64,000 nt of DNA from a bacterium (GCA_031385045.1 JANNBC010000007.1:32001-96000); one strand, 5' to 3'; shown: positions 1 to 11,069, counted from the first letter of the stretch. Notes: generated by a model not told the origin, from the sequence alone. Made by a program: numbers and translations.

Positions 1-146
1 AAGTTAACAATTAGAATTTTAGGAATGATTAGTAAATGGATCGGCGCCTGAGGGTTAATGTCTTTGATGGCAATTACGCGTTCATTTTCAAAAACAATTG
101 TAGCTGGAATTTCCCGATTAATAATTTTTTCAAAAAGACTATTCAT
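1..146 (-). CDS. hinT: HIT-family nucleotide-binding protein, 5' part (runs off window edge; not in ORF track)
   Basis: Manual translation from ATG at 146: [43 protein letters not shown], the typical HinT N-terminus. Confidence 0.88.
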   Translation of the reverse strand, partial: MNSLFEKIINREIPATIVFENERVIAIKDINPQAPIHLLIIPKILIVN

Positions 147-267
147 CAGTTAAGGCTACTACAATTCTAGTCTTTCAGAAAATACAATAAAAACTGTATA
201 ATTTTAGTTTTTAACAGCGTGTTAGACACTCTCTCGTTTATAATATTTAATTTTCCTGACTGAGTGA

Positions 268-2118
268 ATGAAAAGAATCCTCTATTATACTTACCAAGCA
301 ATATTTATTTCAGGAATTCTATTTATTGTAATTTTACAAACAAAAAATCTCAATCCAAATAAATTATTTTCATCTAATTTAACATATCGCTATCAAACTG
401 AAGCATTCCTAAAGGGTCAACTAGCCTCCATTGATACAATTTTTCAATCTAGACCTGACTATGCCATCGGAGTTAATGGACTGTATCAGATGTGGGGACT
501 GGGAACTCCATTAATCAGACTGCCTTTTGAAATCATTGCTAGGCTTTGTGGATACCAAGCCTTCCCCGACCTCCTAGTCCTAACAATGCTTTTTTCAATT
601 GCTATCCTTTCTTTATATCAAGGAATTCTAAGACATCTTCAACCAGAAAATTTTTGGTCACACTTCTTAACTGCGGCAGTTGTATCAAGCATAATGCTCT
701 CTTCTCAAATAGTTATTTTGATTACACATAGCCATGGAGTCTATGAAGAAGCTATCCTAGTCTTAGTCCTTTGGAGCCTAATAATTATCGGGCAATTTCT
801 TTCATTAATTATCGATCATAGTAAAAGACGCTACCTACTAATTGCCGCGCTGTCTGGATTTGCAATCTTAATAAGACCCACGGGAGCTTTGATTGGCTTA
901 GGCGTATTAATCGCTGCGAGTTATGAACTAAAAGCTAATAAAAAAATTATCTTTCTCGGTTGTCTTATTTTTCTTTTTTTAGTCTCTAGTAATTTAACAC
1001 TGAACTATTTACGCTTTGAAGATCCCTTAGAATTTGGCTATGAGCTTCAAGTAAATAGTATAAAATATGCTAATTATACAACAAATTTCTCCCAAGCATT
1101 TAACTCACTTCCCCTGACAGATAGACTAAAAGACACCATTGGAGCAATGTTTTTTGTTCCACTATTAAATAATTTTGATATTTTTCGTAGCAAATTCTAT
1201 CCAGGTGAAGCTGAGGTTTTTCGAATTAGAGAACTTTACTTTTGGGTATTTTCTAAGATCCACCTATGTATTTTTATCATTCCCTTGTTAGTCTTAATTA
1301 GTTTAATAAGAAAAAATTTACGAGATCGGATTGGCTATCTTTCAAGTTTATGCCTTTGGTGTATCGGAAGTTTTTTGATACTGATATACTTTTATAGTAG
1401 TTCGATCGCCATCAATTCCAGATATTGGTTAGATTTTTACCCCACATTTGCTGCTACTTTAATTCTAGCAATTCTCCTCTTTAAAAAAATCTTGCCATTA
1501 AAAAACTCGGAATCTTACCTCCTCCTAATCTTAATACTTCTTGTCTATAATTACTGTCAGCAACCTGATCCTAACAAATGGACGAGATCTACAGCTAACA
1601 TTAATAATCGCTCCTTAGATTATTCCAGTATTCAAGCAAAATTACTTAAGCCTGCAAAACCCCCAGCCTTTAGTGTCTTACCATCAGCATATAGCTGTAA
1701 TAATCAAATAGATGAAAGTTGCGATCGAATACTGACTTACAATAAGCTTGGTTGGGATTATAATAAAACTTGCTTAGTCAGCTATCTAACTATTTTATAT
1801 CTTGCAGAGAGTGATTGCATTACCCTAAGAGTGCGAACAAAGTCACCAGATAATTTTGACCAAATAAAAATCAAATCTAACATTGATGATTCTTTATTAA
1901 TGGAAAAAACTCCCCTAGAAGGCTCGAGATACGATCTAAAATTTTGCCATCAAGAGAAATTCTTTACTAGTAGTAATCCAAATCGAAAAATTACAATTGC
2001 CTGGACTGGACCAGAAAACATTCAACACTTCAATCCAAAATATTTCTTAATGCAAATCTGGAATTCTAGTTCTACATCTCAGTTATTCACCAACCCAAAT
2101 CTATTTAGATGTCAGTAA
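268..2118 (+). CDS. Polytopic membrane protein, probable GT-C-fold glycosyltransferase with C-terminal soluble domain
   Basis: About 10-12 hydrophobic segments, acidic loop motifs (RPDY, YEE), IRP and late SRY motifs as in GT-C-like proteins; Cys-containing soluble tail. Confidence 0.5.
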   Translation: MKRILYYTYQAIFISGILFIVILQTKNLNPNKLFSSNLTYRYQTEAFLKGQLASIDTIFQSRPDYAIGVNGLYQMWGLGTPLIRLPFEIIARLCGYQAFPDLLVLTMLFSIAILSLYQGILRHLQPENFWSHFLTAAVVSSIMLSSQIVILITHSHGVYEEAILVLVLWSLIIIGQFLSLIIDHSKRRYLLIAALSGFAILIRPTGALIGLGVLIAASYELKANKKIIFLGCLIFLFLVSSNLTLNYLRFEDPLEFGYELQVNSIKYANYTTNFSQAFNSLPLTDRLKDTIGAMFFVPLLNNFDIFRSKFYPGEAEVFRIRELYFWVFSKIHLCIFIIPLLVLISLIRKNLRDRIGYLSSLCLWCIGSFLILIYFYSSSIAINSRYWLDFYPTFAATLILAILLFKKILPLKNSESYLLLILILLVYNYCQQPDPNKWTRSTANINNRSLDYSSIQAKLLKPAKPPAFSVLPSAYSCNNQIDESCDRILTYNKLGWDYNKTCLVSYLTILYLAESDCITLRVRTKSPDNFDQIKIKSNIDDSLLMEKTPLEGSRYDLKFCHQEKFFTSSNPNRKITIAWTGPENIQHFNPKYFLMQIWNSSSTSQLFTNPNLFRCQ

Positions 2119-2139
2119 AATATTAGCTGCCCCGATCAG

Positions 2140-4245
2140 CTAAATAATTTCATTAAAGCGATCATTTTGGATTGTGATTGTTCCAGATGCATCATCAAAA
2201 TTAATCTCTAATAAGTTTGCTACGCCATCTTTAATATCATCCAAATGAGTAATTAATAGGATTTGTTCAAAGCGACTTTGCAGTTTTTCCAGAAGAGTTA
2301 AAACATTTGCTCGCCGATTTTCGTCTAATGAGCCAAAAACTTCATCTAAGATTAAAAATGAGAGATTCTGCCCAGCACGTTCAGTTATTAAACTTGAGAG
2401 GGCTAAGCGCAAACATAGATCCAACAAATCTTCCTCTCCACCACTGAGAATACTTTTAGTAATTCCATCTTCATAAATAATCGGTGAAAAATCTTCTGCT
2501 ATTATAACATTGGAGTATCTACCATCTGATAACTCTGCTAGATAACTACTGGCTAATTCAGCAAGACGTGGACGAATAGTACTATTTAGATTCTTTCTAA
2601 AATCACCTAATACTTGATCTGCTTGATCAAGAGTAATCAATTCCTTACGACGGGTAGTCAGATCAGCGTTCTTTAGTTGATACTCTAATAACTCCTGTTT
2701 GCTTCGCGCTAACATTGCCTCAACTTCACGAATTTCACCTTCATTCCGTACTTTTTGTAAACGAGTAGCACTGAGCAAAGTAATTCCACTCTCGGCATTA
2801 GCCCTCACCTTGAGATAAACATTTTCTAGAAACCCAAGTTGCGTTGCTTCTTTTTCCAGCTCTACTAACTTCTGTTCAAAAATCTCTACTTCGGCAGTAA
2901 GCTTCAGAAGCTCCTGCTGATTATTTTGTAATTTTAAGATCTCCCGCTGTGAGCCTTGTAAAGTTGTCAGGCGACCTTGTTGCTTGTTAAGCAATAATTT
3001 TAAATCTACAATTTGCTGATTTAGTTGGGTTTCTTTTCGCTGTTCTTGTTTAATGAATTGAATTTCTGATTCTTTTAATAATAAAAGATTAGCATGCTCC
3101 AATTTTTCCTTTTCTAATTGCTTGGCTACGGTCTGAAATTCAGCTCCTAAAAGTTGTCCGCAAGTTGGGCATTCACTACCACTCTGGAGCTTTTTTAAAG
3201 CACCTAGTTTTTTATCTATTTGCGATATCTGACTTTTCAAAACTGCCAGATCGGCATTCTTTTGACTCAATAAACTTTGTTTTTGATTATGTTCTTCTTG
3301 TAACTGAAGATTATATCCCAAAATTGAGTTTTGGAATTCTAAAACTTGAGATTGTAACTCTGATAACTCAATTCTAAGCAATTCCAGATCAAAACTAGCA
3401 CCAAGTGCAAGCTGCAAATCAGTAGATAATTTTTTATTTTGAGTAATTAAATCTGCAACTTTATTTTTTATTAATTGCTTGGAATTTTGAGCTAAGGCGA
3501 TTTGCTGAGTAGTGTGAAAATACTTTTTCTGAAGTATCTCATAGTTTTTTAATTCTTCTTGAGCAATTTTATTACTTAAGTCTGCTTGGCTTAAAACTTT
3601 GATGGCGTCTTGTTCTAAAATTTTTAGTTTTTTTAAGCTAGCCTCTTCTGATTTAATCCGATTTTCAATGAAATTTAAATCACCTAAACTAGCGGTAAGT
3701 CCACTAACTAAATTACGTAAATCACGTCGTTCCTCACGAAGGGTGATTTGAATTTTCTCCAAGCGATCATACCCAATCATTCGAGTAATAAATTTTTCTC
3801 GCTCGGCAGTCCCCTTTTTACCTGAGAGAAACTCTAAAGATTTTTGTTCAGTGTAATACGATGCAAGAAATTCATCTAAGCTGAGGCCTAGAATCTCAAC
3901 AACTCTTTGGGCAACAGCCTTATTACCACTAACGATATAATTACTCTGCCCGCCTATATATAACTCAGCAGTGACTAGGTCTCGGTAGATACGATAATTC
4001 TCTCCTTCACTATTAAAAACTAGCTCGGCAGAAGTGATTGCGTTTGATGGCAAGCCAAATGTACGCACATCATCAACTTTACCTCGCAGTGCTCGCGAAC
4101 CATAAAGAGCAAAAGCTAAAGCTTCGACAACGGTAGATTTACCTGCTCCATTATTACCAATAATACCAGTTAAGCCGTCTGCAAATTGAATTCTACTATC
4201 AGCATGCTGACGGAAATTTTTTAGATTCAAACTAATCAGCTTCAC
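2140..4245 (-). CDS. sbcC: SbcC/Rad50 SMC-family ATPase
   Basis: Walker A GNNGAGKST, coiled coil, CPTC zinc hook, LSGGE signature, ILDEVFGSLD Walker B/D-loop; likely start is GTG at 4245, overlapping the end of sbcD. Confidence 0.92.
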   Translation of the reverse strand: MKLISLNLKNFRQHADSRIQFADGLTGIIGNNGAGKSTVVEALAFALYGSRALRGKVDDVRTFGLPSNAITSAELVFNSEGENYRIYRDLVTAELYIGGQSNYIVSGNKAVAQRVVEILGLSLDEFLASYYTEQKSLEFLSGKKGTAEREKFITRMIGYDRLEKIQITLREERRDLRNLVSGLTASLGDLNFIENRIKSEEASLKKLKILEQDAIKVLSQADLSNKIAQEELKNYEILQKKYFHTTQQIALAQNSKQLIKNKVADLITQNKKLSTDLQLALGASFDLELLRIELSELQSQVLEFQNSILGYNLQLQEEHNQKQSLLSQKNADLAVLKSQISQIDKKLGALKKLQSGSECPTCGQLLGAEFQTVAKQLEKEKLEHANLLLLKESEIQFIKQEQRKETQLNQQIVDLKLLLNKQQGRLTTLQGSQREILKLQNNQQELLKLTAEVEIFEQKLVELEKEATQLGFLENVYLKVRANAESGITLLSATRLQKVRNEGEIREVEAMLARSKQELLEYQLKNADLTTRRKELITLDQADQVLGDFRKNLNSTIRPRLAELASSYLAELSDGRYSNVIIAEDFSPIIYEDGITKSILSGGEEDLLDLCLRLALSSLITERAGQNLSFLILDEVFGSLDENRRANVLTLLEKLQSRFEQILLITHLDDIKDGVANLLEINFDDASGTITIQNDRFNEII

Positions 4246-5383
4246 TTGCAACCTCCAGGGCATCTAGATAACTACAAAGTTTATCTATCACTAAAGAATC
4301 CGCAACATGTTGCTGTGTGCAAAAATTAATTAGTTCTTGTTTTAAAGGCAAAGCCTGCTGCTGGAGTCCAGATACTTGATAAGTATTCTCTGACGGCGGG
4401 CGATAATCAATCATCAAATTCAAGGCCAGCGCCCGCCAATTCTTAATCTTTCGATGATCTAATAAAGCATAATTCTGTCGAGTTAAATTAAGTAAGTCGA
4501 TCCGAACTATCTTACCCTCGATTCCTCCCACAACACTATCAATATTTTGTTGCAAAAGCTCCATCACTTGTTCGGGTAATAAAGCCAGAACATCAATCTC
4601 TGGAATCATTACTAATTGTCGCGGAGCCGTTAATGGATAAAAAGTTTTTGTTAATGAAGGTAAGTTAATTTCAACAAAACCTTTTTCGGTGTTCTCTTGC
4701 CAGATGTTTTTTGCAGTATGTTCAATCGCACCTGAATAAACCATTTGACTAGTCACTTCCTGGTATACATGAACATGACCTAAAGCTATATAATCCCACT
4801 CTCCTGATACAAATTGTTTAAAGCTGAGATTAGCTCCACCAAAATCACTCATGAATTGATTGCCAACCTGCGCATGAGTTACCAGAATATTAAATCTAAA
4901 TTGATCATTGGCGCGAACATTCCATTTTTGTTTTCCCTCCAAAACGGCATGTGGCAAACACGTAACGGCAAGATTTAGTTTGGGGAAAGTGAATGTCTCC
5001 ACTTTATGATCAGAAATATAAACTTGATCCAATTCTTGAAATAGCTTCAGTAAACTACCACTATCAACTCGCTTCGGTGTATCATGATTTCCAGCTAATA
5101 GTATGACTGGGGCATTCGTTTGATCTGCTAATCTTTTAATTTCCTTGAAGGCAAAAGTGATTACAGCATTGGAAGGGCGAACAGTATGGAAAAGATCGCC
5201 CGCAATTAGCGTGCAATCTGGCTGAATTGTAATGATTCGATCAATCGCTTCACGAAAAGCTTGGTTAACATCGACTTCCCGCTGATTAAATCCTCGCTCA
5301 CTTAACTTATTATATCTACGATACCCCAGATGCAAATCTGCTAAGTGACAAATTTTTAAATTTTCTTTGAGGCTCTCAATCAT
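4232..5383 (-). CDS. sbcD: SbcD/Mre11 nuclease
   Basis: Metallophosphoesterase motifs DLHLG, GDLFH, GNHD, HA, LGHVH; adjacent to sbcC. Confidence 0.93.
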   Translation of the reverse strand: MIESLKENLKICHLADLHLGYRRYNKLSERGFNQREVDVNQAFREAIDRIITIQPDCTLIAGDLFHTVRPSNAVITFAFKEIKRLADQTNAPVILLAGNHDTPKRVDSGSLLKLFQELDQVYISDHKVETFTFPKLNLAVTCLPHAVLEGKQKWNVRANDQFRFNILVTHAQVGNQFMSDFGGANLSFKQFVSGEWDYIALGHVHVYQEVTSQMVYSGAIEHTAKNIWQENTEKGFVEINLPSLTKTFYPLTAPRQLVMIPEIDVLALLPEQVMELLQQNIDSVVGGIEGKIVRIDLLNLTRQNYALLDHRKIKNWRALALNLMIDYRPPSENTYQVSGLQQQALPLKQELINFCTQQHVADSLVIDKLCSYLDALEVASEAD

Positions 5384-5421
5384 TTAGAACAACTTAGCAA
5401 ATAATTGCCCGATTATGAAGC

Positions 5422-6105
5422 ATGAATGAGATCAATAAAATAACAAGTGATTTTTCTAGGACCTATCTAATTAACGGCGTAAATGTCTCAACGGATGACT
5501 ATCTCGTGGCACAAGACCGATTAAAAAATATAATCCACACCCCAGTGAATTCTAGCTATAATCCAACTTCCGGGCTAATCGCCGATCTGTCCAATTCGCT
5601 ATGGGGATTAATAAGTAATCAGTCGGGGCTTGAGCTAGAACAAGAAGCTAGCACTCAATTGGAGCTAAGCTTACGAAAAGATTTAAAGGCTAACCAGCAA
5701 ATTAAGATTTTTGCTCATAGCCAAGGAAGTATTATTCTGAGGAATGTTCTAGTAAAGCTAGCGGATTGTGGAATATCTTTAAATTCAATTAAGGTTTTTA
5801 CTTTTGGGGCAGCTAATTATCTCTGGCCAAAAAATTTACAGGTATATTCATTCACTAATAGATCCGATTATCTCGCACGAAGCCTAGATAACCTTAATCA
5901 ACAATATGCTTACTATGTTTTAAGCCCCTGGGAGAAAATACAAAAATTTTTGGGGCTTCAAAGTGATCGGAATGAGTTAGAATACAAAGGATCTTTAATT
6001 ATTAATAAAAAGATTGAAAATCCATTAAAAGCACATGAATGGGATAGTTATTTAGATAATTTTAATATAATAAACCCAAAAACAAATTTCCGAAAAAGGT
6101 TCTAG
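5422..6105 (+). CDS. Putative alpha/beta hydrolase (lipase/esterase-like)
   Basis: AHSQG nucleophile elbow, TFGAA strand, Asp (SDYL) and late His (AHEW) fit a Ser-Asp-His triad. Confidence 0.55.
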   Translation: MNEINKITSDFSRTYLINGVNVSTDDYLVAQDRLKNIIHTPVNSSYNPTSGLIADLSNSLWGLISNQSGLELEQEASTQLELSLRKDLKANQQIKIFAHSQGSIILRNVLVKLADCGISLNSIKVFTFGAANYLWPKNLQVYSFTNRSDYLARSLDNLNQQYAYYVLSPWEKIQKFLGLQSDRNELEYKGSLIINKKIENPLKAHEWDSYLDNFNIINPKTNFRKRF

Positions 6106-6167
6106 GTGCTAACAATAATAGGTATTAATGAGAACGCTATGATTAGCAGAGAACTGATTAACGGCCT

Positions 6168-6301
6168 TTGATAAACCTTTGGTTTAACTGAGTTTATTTG
6201 ATGGGTTTACTATTTGTCTTTTGGATCCCGGCTGGTCGCTACGATAGTCATAACTGTCTGATTTTAATTTCCTAACGGAAATTAGTTTTTGGAATGACTA
6301 T
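6168..6301. repeat. Dispersed intergenic palindromic repeat, copy A
   Basis: Colinear with the reverse complement of 14990-15152; ATAGTCAT(6244)/ATGACTAT(6294) arms enclose TAATTTCC-taac-GGAAATTA. Confidence 0.8.
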
Positions 6302-6312
6302 AGATCTAAAAA

Positions 6313-7188
6313 CTAGTTCATATCATTTTCCATAAACTCAATAATCTTGGAGGCGATATCCATTTTAGTAACTTTTTCAATACCACCTAATCCTGGAGAA
6401 GAATTTACTTCAAGGACTAATGGTCCGAGATTAGAGCGAATTAAATCTACCCCACCACACCTGATCCCAAGTGCTTGCGCTGCTCTAATTGCAACATCTC
6501 GTTCTTCTTCAGTGATGTCAATTAATTCAGCCTGACCACCAAGATGTAGATTCGCCCGATACTCACCTTCCTTAGCTCGTCGTTGCATAGAAGCAATGAC
6601 ATTATTACCAAGTACGATACAACGAATATCGGCATTCCCTGCTTCAGCAACAAATTGCTGAACTAAGAAGTAGGCATCTAGGCCACGAAATGCATTGATT
6701 AAACTTTCTGCAGCTTTATTAGTTTCTGCTAAAATTACACCATTGCCCTGGGTTCCATACAATAACTTAACAATAAGTGGAGCTCCACCAACCATCGAAA
6801 TTAAATCATGAGTTCGTTTTGTCGAATGGGCGAATCCAGTAATTGGCATAGGAATACCATTGCGTGCAAAGACTTGGTGAGCATGTAACTTATCACGAGC
6901 TTCAAGAATTGCAGCAGAAGAATTAAGGGCATGAACTCCCTGAGCTTCAAATTGTCTTAAAACAGCAGTCCCATAAAACGTATTAGAAGCACCAATCCTA
7001 GGGATCACCGCATCAAAATCCTGTAAGATTTGTTCCTGATAATGAATTTCTGCGTTGCCACCTGAGAGACCAATATAACAACCTAAATGATCAACCACAT
7101 GAGCCTGATGGCCACGCATTACGGCGGCTTCGTAAAGTCTTTTTGTCGAATAGATCCCAGAACTTCTGGATAGAATTGCTAATTTCAT
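6313..7188 (-). CDS. rimK: RimK ATP-grasp glutamate ligase
   Basis: MKLAILSR, AVIPRIGAS, RDKL, GTQG, RANLHLGG, LEVNSSPG. Confidence 0.93.
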   Translation of the reverse strand: MKLAILSRSSGIYSTKRLYEAAVMRGHQAHVVDHLGCYIGLSGGNAEIHYQEQILQDFDAVIPRIGASNTFYGTAVLRQFEAQGVHALNSSAAILEARDKLHAHQVFARNGIPMPITGFAHSTKRTHDLISMVGGAPLIVKLLYGTQGNGVILAETNKAAESLINAFRGLDAYFLVQQFVAEAGNADIRCIVLGNNVIASMQRRAKEGEYRANLHLGGQAELIDITEEERDVAIRAAQALGIRCGGVDLIRSNLGPLVLEVNSSPGLGGIEKVTKMDIASKIIEFMENDMN

Positions 7189-7199
7189 AAATTTTTCCT

Positions 7200-7652
7200 T
7201 TAGGATTGAAAATGGCTACCGCTCACATCAACTACAAAACGATTTTTAATAGACAACCTACCTAGAAGCATGCGATATCGCATTGCTGAACGATCAATTA
7301 AAGATAAATGAATCTTCCAAACCAGATTTCCCACCTTGATCCTTGTTACAATAACAGGACGCTTCGTGTAGTGCCCGTTTGAGCTAACTACAGTCTTTAC
7401 ATCTTTTAAAGGCGCCTTTGCAGGAATGGAAGTAAATGCTCCCCACTCACCTACAATGATGTCAAAATGAACGAATCTTTTGCCATCGATTTTCTTTAAT
7501 TTAATATTATCGGCATGTAAGGCGGATATTTTTGCACCAGTATCAATCCGAGCCTTCAATTTTTTAATTCCTAGGTCAGGAAGTGAGATATACTCTACTG
7601 CTCCAATAATCAGCTTTCCCTCGGAATTTTTTGGTTTTTTAGAGAAAAACAT
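7200..7652 (-). CDS. RimK-associated putative protease (retropepsin-like / 'ATP-dependent zinc protease' family)
   Basis: ARIDTGA, SSNG, MLLGR motifs; usual position upstream of rimK. Confidence 0.85.
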   Translation of the reverse strand: MFFSKKPKNSEGKLIIGAVEYISLPDLGIKKLKARIDTGAKISALHADNIKLKKIDGKRFVHFDIIVGEWGAFTSIPAKAPLKDVKTVVSSNGHYTKRPVIVTRIKVGNLVWKIHLSLIDRSAMRYRMLLGRLSIKNRFVVDVSGSHFQS

Positions 7653-7897
7653 AAGATTAACTTAAGACGACAAGCCAAATTGTTAAATATTGGCTCTTAC
7701 TAAACTTGACTGGACTCAAGGACTGCAGGACTAGTTTTATTATTAATATCAGATTTAAGCAATTATGTAGGTTTATAATAGGCGACATTCTACTAGGAAA
7801 AACCGAATAGCTTTTAGTATCGCCTTGGTCTCTGGAAATTATTCTATTAATCTAGTAAGGTTAGCCCTCATTAAAACCTAATTGATAGTTAAAGATT

Positions 7898-9034
7898 ATG
7901 ACACAGAAACATGGAAAATTTGGTATTATCGTCTCTGGCGGACCAGCTCCTGGAATCAATGCTGTAATTGCCTCTGTTGTCTTTACTGCTCATGATTGTG
8001 GATATCAAGTACTGGGCTTTGAAAAAGGCATGTCTGGAATTATCAAGGAAGGTGCTAGCACAGCAGTAGAGCTTAAACCAAAATCGGTAGTCAGCATCCA
8101 AAATACGGGCGGATCAATTTTACGAACATCAAGACATAACCCTTTTGAAAATGAGGAATCTGCCCAAAAATTAATTAATACTCTGAAAGAGTGCGAGATC
8201 GATAAGTTAGTTTTAATTGGCGGAGAAGGAACTGCTTTCTTATCCTATCAAATTGCCCAAAGAAATTGTGGTGTGAGCGTCGTACATATTCCCAAAACTA
8301 TTGATAACGATTTAATTCTACCAAACCAATATCCTTGTTTTGGTTTTGAAACTGCCAGATATGTTGGAACGCAGTTAATGAATACAATCATTACTGAGGC
8401 TAAAACTACGAATCGTTGGTTTGTAATTAAAACTATGGGACGAAATGCAGGTTTTCTAGCCTTAGGCCTAGGAATATCTTGCGGGGCATCTGTTACTTTA
8501 ATCCCCGAGCAATTCGATCACAACATTAGCCTAGATGATATTGTAGATACAATCATGCCTTGCGTCTTAAAACGCAATCAAGCAGGAAATACACATGGCA
8601 CTGTAATTTTAGCGGAAGGTATAATCGATCAGTTAGATCCAGATAAAGTTCCTGAATTAAAAGATGCTCCGCGAGATGCTATTGGTCGCTTAAGTTTTTC
8701 AGAAGTAGATTTAGAAGATCTAGTAGTTAAACGACTAGAGAAAAAGATTGCCGCTTTAGGCTTAAATATTAAATTTAAACCAGAGAATATTGGATATGTA
8801 TTACGTTGCGCAGATCCAGTCTCCTTTGATATTGAATATACCAAGTTCCTCGGATTTGGAGCAGTAAAATTCCTGCTAGAAGGAAAAACTGGAATCATGG
8901 TTGTTAGAGACTACGATAAGCTAACCTATGTTGAGCTAAGTTCAATGGCTGATGAAAATGGTAGAATTAGATCTCGTCGCGTGGATTTAAATTCTGACTA
9001 CTACAAAGTAGCTTGTAATTTTATGATCAAGTAG
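7898..9034 (+). CDS. Phosphofructokinase (PfkA superfamily, resembles PPi-PFK short clade)
   Basis: GGPAPGIN, GGSILRTSR, IGGEGT, PKTIDND, MGR, GYVLR motifs. Confidence 0.88.
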   Translation: MTQKHGKFGIIVSGGPAPGINAVIASVVFTAHDCGYQVLGFEKGMSGIIKEGASTAVELKPKSVVSIQNTGGSILRTSRHNPFENEESAQKLINTLKECEIDKLVLIGGEGTAFLSYQIAQRNCGVSVVHIPKTIDNDLILPNQYPCFGFETARYVGTQLMNTIITEAKTTNRWFVIKTMGRNAGFLALGLGISCGASVTLIPEQFDHNISLDDIVDTIMPCVLKRNQAGNTHGTVILAEGIIDQLDPDKVPELKDAPRDAIGRLSFSEVDLEDLVVKRLEKKIAALGLNIKFKPENIGYVLRCADPVSFDIEYTKFLGFGAVKFLLEGKTGIMVVRDYDKLTYVELSSMADENGRIRSRRVDLNSDYYKVACNFMIK

Positions 9035-9083
9035 CCTAACTCAGATAAAGTTAAAATAACTGCCCTAGATTTAAAAACTAAAG

Positions 9084-9845
9084 CTACAAAGTTGCTACTG
9101 AGTTATCCTGCTCTGTAGTCTTTTTTTGCTTCTTCTCAATTAAACTGACTAAGCCAATACTAATCACATATAGTACTAACATTGGTATTGCCATTAACAT
9201 CTGAGAAACTACATCTGGAGGTGTTAGTACGGCACCAACCACAAAACAAAAAACTACCACATAACGCCAACTGGTAATCATCATCTTACTAGTAATCAAG
9301 CCAAACTTAGCTAATAAAACAGAAATTACTGGAAACTCAAAAACGCAGCCAAAAGCTAATAACATCTTAATCACCATTGATAGATGTTCTGTGATGCGAA
9401 TGTTTGGAACTATCTTAATTGATTCATACTCAGAAAAGAAAAAATCATAGGCGACTGGCAAAACTAAATAATAAGAGAACAACATACCAATTAAAAACAG
9501 AATCGTACTACTGAAGACAAACGGCAGAACCAATTTCTTTTCCTCTTGATATAGACCTGGCGCGACAAATAACCACATTTGATAGAAAAGAAATGGCATT
9601 ACTAATACAAAACCTGCAAAGCAAGCGAGTTTAATTTTCAAGACAAAAGCCTCAGCTGGTCCAGTTCCAACTAATGTTCCAGTAGGGAACTGGTTCTCAA
9701 ATGGTACAGTAAAAAAATCAAAGATGTAACTACTGAGATTATAACAAATAGTTGCTCCAATAATAATTGCAACAGAAGACCATATTAGACGCTTTCTTAA
9801 TTCGGTGAGATGCTGAAAAATCCCCATATTTGCAAAATCATTCAT
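9084..9845 (-). CDS. tatC: Twin-arginine translocase TatC
   Basis: HLTELRKRL, FVAPGLY, FEFP, LTPPD; six TM segments. Confidence 0.95.
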   Translation of the reverse strand: MNDFANMGIFQHLTELRKRLIWSSVAIIIGATICYNLSSYIFDFFTVPFENQFPTGTLVGTGPAEAFVLKIKLACFAGFVLVMPFLFYQMWLFVAPGLYQEEKKLVLPFVFSSTILFLIGMLFSYYLVLPVAYDFFFSEYESIKIVPNIRITEHLSMVIKMLLAFGCVFEFPVISVLLAKFGLITSKMMITSWRYVVVFCFVVGAVLTPPDVVSQMLMAIPMLVLYVISIGLVSLIEKKQKKTTEQDNSVATL

Positions 9846-10161
9846 CGCTAACTTTTTCCTCTTGGACTAAAAGTTTTGCTGCTTCATCTGTTGTTTCAGT
9901 TGACCCTGGAGCTTTGGTCAATAAGTCTGGAGTTAGATCCTCTTTGACGGCGACAAGTCGTTTCTCGACATTTTTTTCAAAATCTTTGGCGGGGATATAA
10001 ACGCTATTATAAAATTCTTGGCGAAACTTATCTGATGTTTTACGAAAAGTCCCAAAGAACTTTCCTAGCTTTGAAGCAACTTCTGGCAATTTATCAGGCC
10101 CAAAAATGATTAAGGAGACAAAACAGACCAAGGCAAGTTCAGTAAAACTAATTCCAAACAT
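9838..10161 (-). CDS. tatB: TatB/TatA-family subunit
   Basis: MFGISFTEL...IFGPDKLPE, amphipathic helix; overlaps the tatC start. Confidence 0.8.
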   Translation of the reverse strand: MFGISFTELALVCFVSLIIFGPDKLPEVASKLGKFFGTFRKTSDKFRQEFYNSVYIPAKDFEKNVEKRLVAVKEDLTPDLLTKAPGSTETTDEAAKLLVQEEKVSDE

Positions 10162-10469
10162 TCTGACTTTTAAAATTTAAAATTTTTCTTTTTGATCGCA
10201 TGGATACTTTAGTGCAGTTCTTAACGAAAGATTTTAAATTGAATCATTTGTTTCGTCAGACACTATATAATTAAATAACCTAAGAGAAAAGTAAATCAAC
10301 AGCAAGGCATTGCTTATGTAATGGATTTTTAAGGAGAAATGTATCAAAAAATACTCTTCTAAAACTAAATCCGTTTTTAATAACTAATTTTTCAATCCAA
10401 AATATTTTAAAAATCTACTATAAATAATGGCTATTTAATGCTAAATTCCATTATATCTAAAATCCGCTA

Positions 10470-11069
10470 ATGATAAACATTATTAAGAATCAATCCAAAA
10501 CCACGCTAGCTTTTTTTCTGGCAATTTTTCTGGCTGTAATCTTTTTGACATTAATTACCGAAAAGAGCTTTGCTCAGAATGAAAGTTTTTATGATTTAAA
10601 AGTAAAAGGATTAGACGGCGAACTGATTAATTTTGAGCAATATCGCGGACATTTGGTTTTAATTGCCAATATTGCCACCAACTGTGGAACAACTCCGCAA
10701 TTAGAAGAGTTACAAAAACTCTATGAAAAATACGAAAAAGCAGGGCTGATTGTCTTAGGAATTCCCTCTAATGATTTTATGCCTACTAATCCACATGACC
10801 AGGCGACTATCAAACATATTTGCAAAGAACGGTTTGGAGTTACCTTTCCCTTATCAGAGGCTGTCGAGCTAAACGGCGTAAATCAACATCCAATTTTTAG
10901 ATATCTAATTAATACTGGAAAAGATGAAACCGAAGGACCAGTAATGTTTAATTTTGAAAAATTTCTAATTTCTAAAGATGGCCAGATAGTTGGAAGATAT
11001 GGATCTTTTACCAATGCCATGAGTAGTCGAATTACCCGTGAGATTGAAAGTTTATTACAAAAAAAATAA
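10470..11069 (+). CDS. Glutathione peroxidase-family protein with signal peptide
   Basis: NIATNCGTTPQ, GIPSNDF, NFEKFLI; N-terminal hydrophobic stretch ending SFA. Confidence 0.88.
   Translation: MINIIKNQSKTTLAFFLAIFLAVIFLTLITEKSFAQNESFYDLKVKGLDGELINFEQYRGHLVLIANIATNCGTTPQLEELQKLYEKYEKAGLIVLGIPSNDFMPTNPHDQATIKHICKERFGVTFPLSEAVELNGVNQHPIFRYLINTGKDETEGPVMFNFEKFLISKDGQIVGRYGSFTNAMSSRITREIESLLQKK

Noticed and set aside
2140..5383. SMC ATPase plus nuclease as a Wadjet/Lamassu-type defence system
   Set aside because: Zinc hook and Mre11 motifs identify ordinary SbcCD; no kleisin or effector genes alongside
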